A stretch of 40,431 bases of DNA from Gemmatimonadales bacterium. GTDB taxonomy: Bacteria > Gemmatimonadota > Gemmatimonadetes > Gemmatimonadales > GWC2-71-9. The notes under the pieces were generated by a model that saw only the letters and a list, made by a program, of their open reading frames with translations, did not search any database and had not been told where the DNA came from. The translations under genes were made by a program, and so were the position numbers. The stretch covers positions 1 to 40,431 of the forward strand of contig JBDIWC010000036.1 of the NCBI GenBank assembly GCA_039794085.1. The letters are read 5' to 3'. Shown piece after piece: positions 39,577-40,431 of the stretch (the stretch's first letter is position 1; each line of letters starts with the position of its first letter).

Positions 39577-39607
39577 CACCCTCATGAGTATACGCCTCAT
39601 GAGGGTG
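39577..39607. repeat. Perfect 12-bp inverted repeat with self-palindromic arms
   Basis: CACCCTCATGAG-TATACGC-CTCATGAGGGTG. Confidence 0.8.
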
Positions 39608-39675
39608 ACACGTTGGACTCCTTGAGAACGATCATGCAATGGGCGGAGGTCAATTCGCTCTTACGCCTCCCGCGG

Positions 39676-39710
39676 CAGCACCCAGCACCCAGCACCCAAC
39701 ACCCAACACC
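39676..39710. repeat. Heptamer array CA(G/A)CACC, 5 units
   Basis: 3x CAGCACC and 2x CAACACC, 5 nt after the DUF411 stop. Confidence 0.9.
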
Positions 39711-39715
39711 CGCCC

Positions 39716-40183
39716 CTACCGCGTGGCGTACACGTGCGAGGACCCGCCCTTCTCGAAGGCCATCACGTTGTACCGATCCTTCCGGGGGCCCTCCATCCCC
39801 GGCGAGCCGGAGGGCATGCCCGGAACAGCGAGTCCGGAGATCGCCGGGCGTTCCCGAAGCATTTTCTTCACGAGGTCCGCCGGCACATGGCCCTCGATTA
39901 CATAGCCATCCACCAGCGCGGTATGACACGAGGCCAGGGGACCCGGAACTCCGCTCGCAGCCTTCATCTCCTGCAGGTTGTCCACGTTAACGGAACGCAC
40001 CGCGATTCCGTTCGCCTCGAGGTGCTTGACCCACTCGTTGCAGCACCCGCATGTCGCTGACTTGTACACCGTGACAACCGGAGCTGGAGCGGCATCTGGT
40101 CGGGTGGCCGCCACCACCAGTACCGCCGAAACCGACACCCCAACCGCAGCCATCGCCCCCAAAGTCATCTTGTTCGCTCGCAT
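39716..40183 (-). CDS. DUF411 (CopG-like) exported metal-binding protein
   Basis: ATG 40183 after GAGGG; signal peptide; YKSATCGCC, SCHT, EGHVP, GLAVPGMPSGSPGME. Confidence 0.93.
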   Translation of the reverse strand: MRANKMTLGAMAAVGVSVSAVLVVAATRPDAAPAPVVTVYKSATCGCCNEWVKHLEANGIAVRSVNVDNLQEMKAASGVPGPLASCHTALVDGYVIEGHVPADLVKKMLRERPAISGLAVPGMPSGSPGMEGPRKDRYNVMAFEKGGSSHVYATR

Positions 40184-40276
40184 ACAGTTCCCTCGTCGAG
40201 TCAGGGTCCAGTCGATTCCGCCACTGCATTCTCGCCCGTTCACCCGGGTGGCGCAAGCCGAAAAGAGGGAAACGAG

Positions 40277-40294
40277 CATGAAACCTTTTTCATG
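40277..40294. promoter_or_regulatory. Candidate operator, 7-4-7 palindrome
   Basis: CATGAAA-CCTT-TTTCATG, about 95 nt upstream of DUF411. Confidence 0.35.
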
Positions 40295-40302
40295 AACCAA
40301 TC

Positions 40303-40321
40303 CTTTCAAACTTCAAACTTC
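40303..40321. repeat. ACTTCAA-family heptamer repeat abutting an IS end
   Basis: CTTTCAA ACTTCAA ACTTC, directly followed by GGTTCTTC. Confidence 0.65.
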
Positions 40322-40431
40322 GGTTCTTCTCCAATTTAGGTGCAGGATCGGCCCGGGAACGCCTGCTTGACCCTGGGGGCGAAGTAGTCCGGATGGTGGA
40401 ATCCGTCCGCTTTGCGCGTGATCGCCTGGAT
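40322..40431 (-). mobile_element. Right end of an ISL3-family element with the transposase C-terminus (40336-40431), probably decayed
   Basis: Minus strand reads IQAITRKADGFHHPDYFAPRVKQAFPGRSCT*, like the ISL3 'IKxIKRxAYGF..xxYFxLKIxxAFPG' tail; the element ends in an ISL3-type GGTTCTTC terminus. Confidence 0.75.

Overview
GC-rich chromosomal segment, Gemmatimonadota-like by gene content (inference). It is bounded by the left end of an IS30-like element (1-122) and the decayed right end of an ISL3-like element (40322-40431). It carries a pentose-phosphate operon (pgl-glk-tkt-tal/pgi fusion-HAD-gnd-zwf), a FecA-like TonB receptor with a candidate Fur box, a glycogen debranching enzyme, several secreted peptidases, a Sel1-repeat Ser/Thr kinase, bioFADB, a fatty acid desaturase and a DUF411 protein. 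The main finding is that two short ORFs at 26379-26909 form one AhpD-like gene with an in-frame UGA at the second Cys position (CxxU), followed by a SECIS-like hairpin. This candidate selenoprotein sits in a tight EF-G2 / AhpD(Sec) / nitrilase operon. Other points of interest are a frameshifted small gene after bioB, an ECF-type promoter before the PPP operon, and many intergenic heptamer arrays and REP/MITE-like elements; two copies of one heptamer family directly abut IS ends. Family assignments come from motif recognition only; no searches were run.
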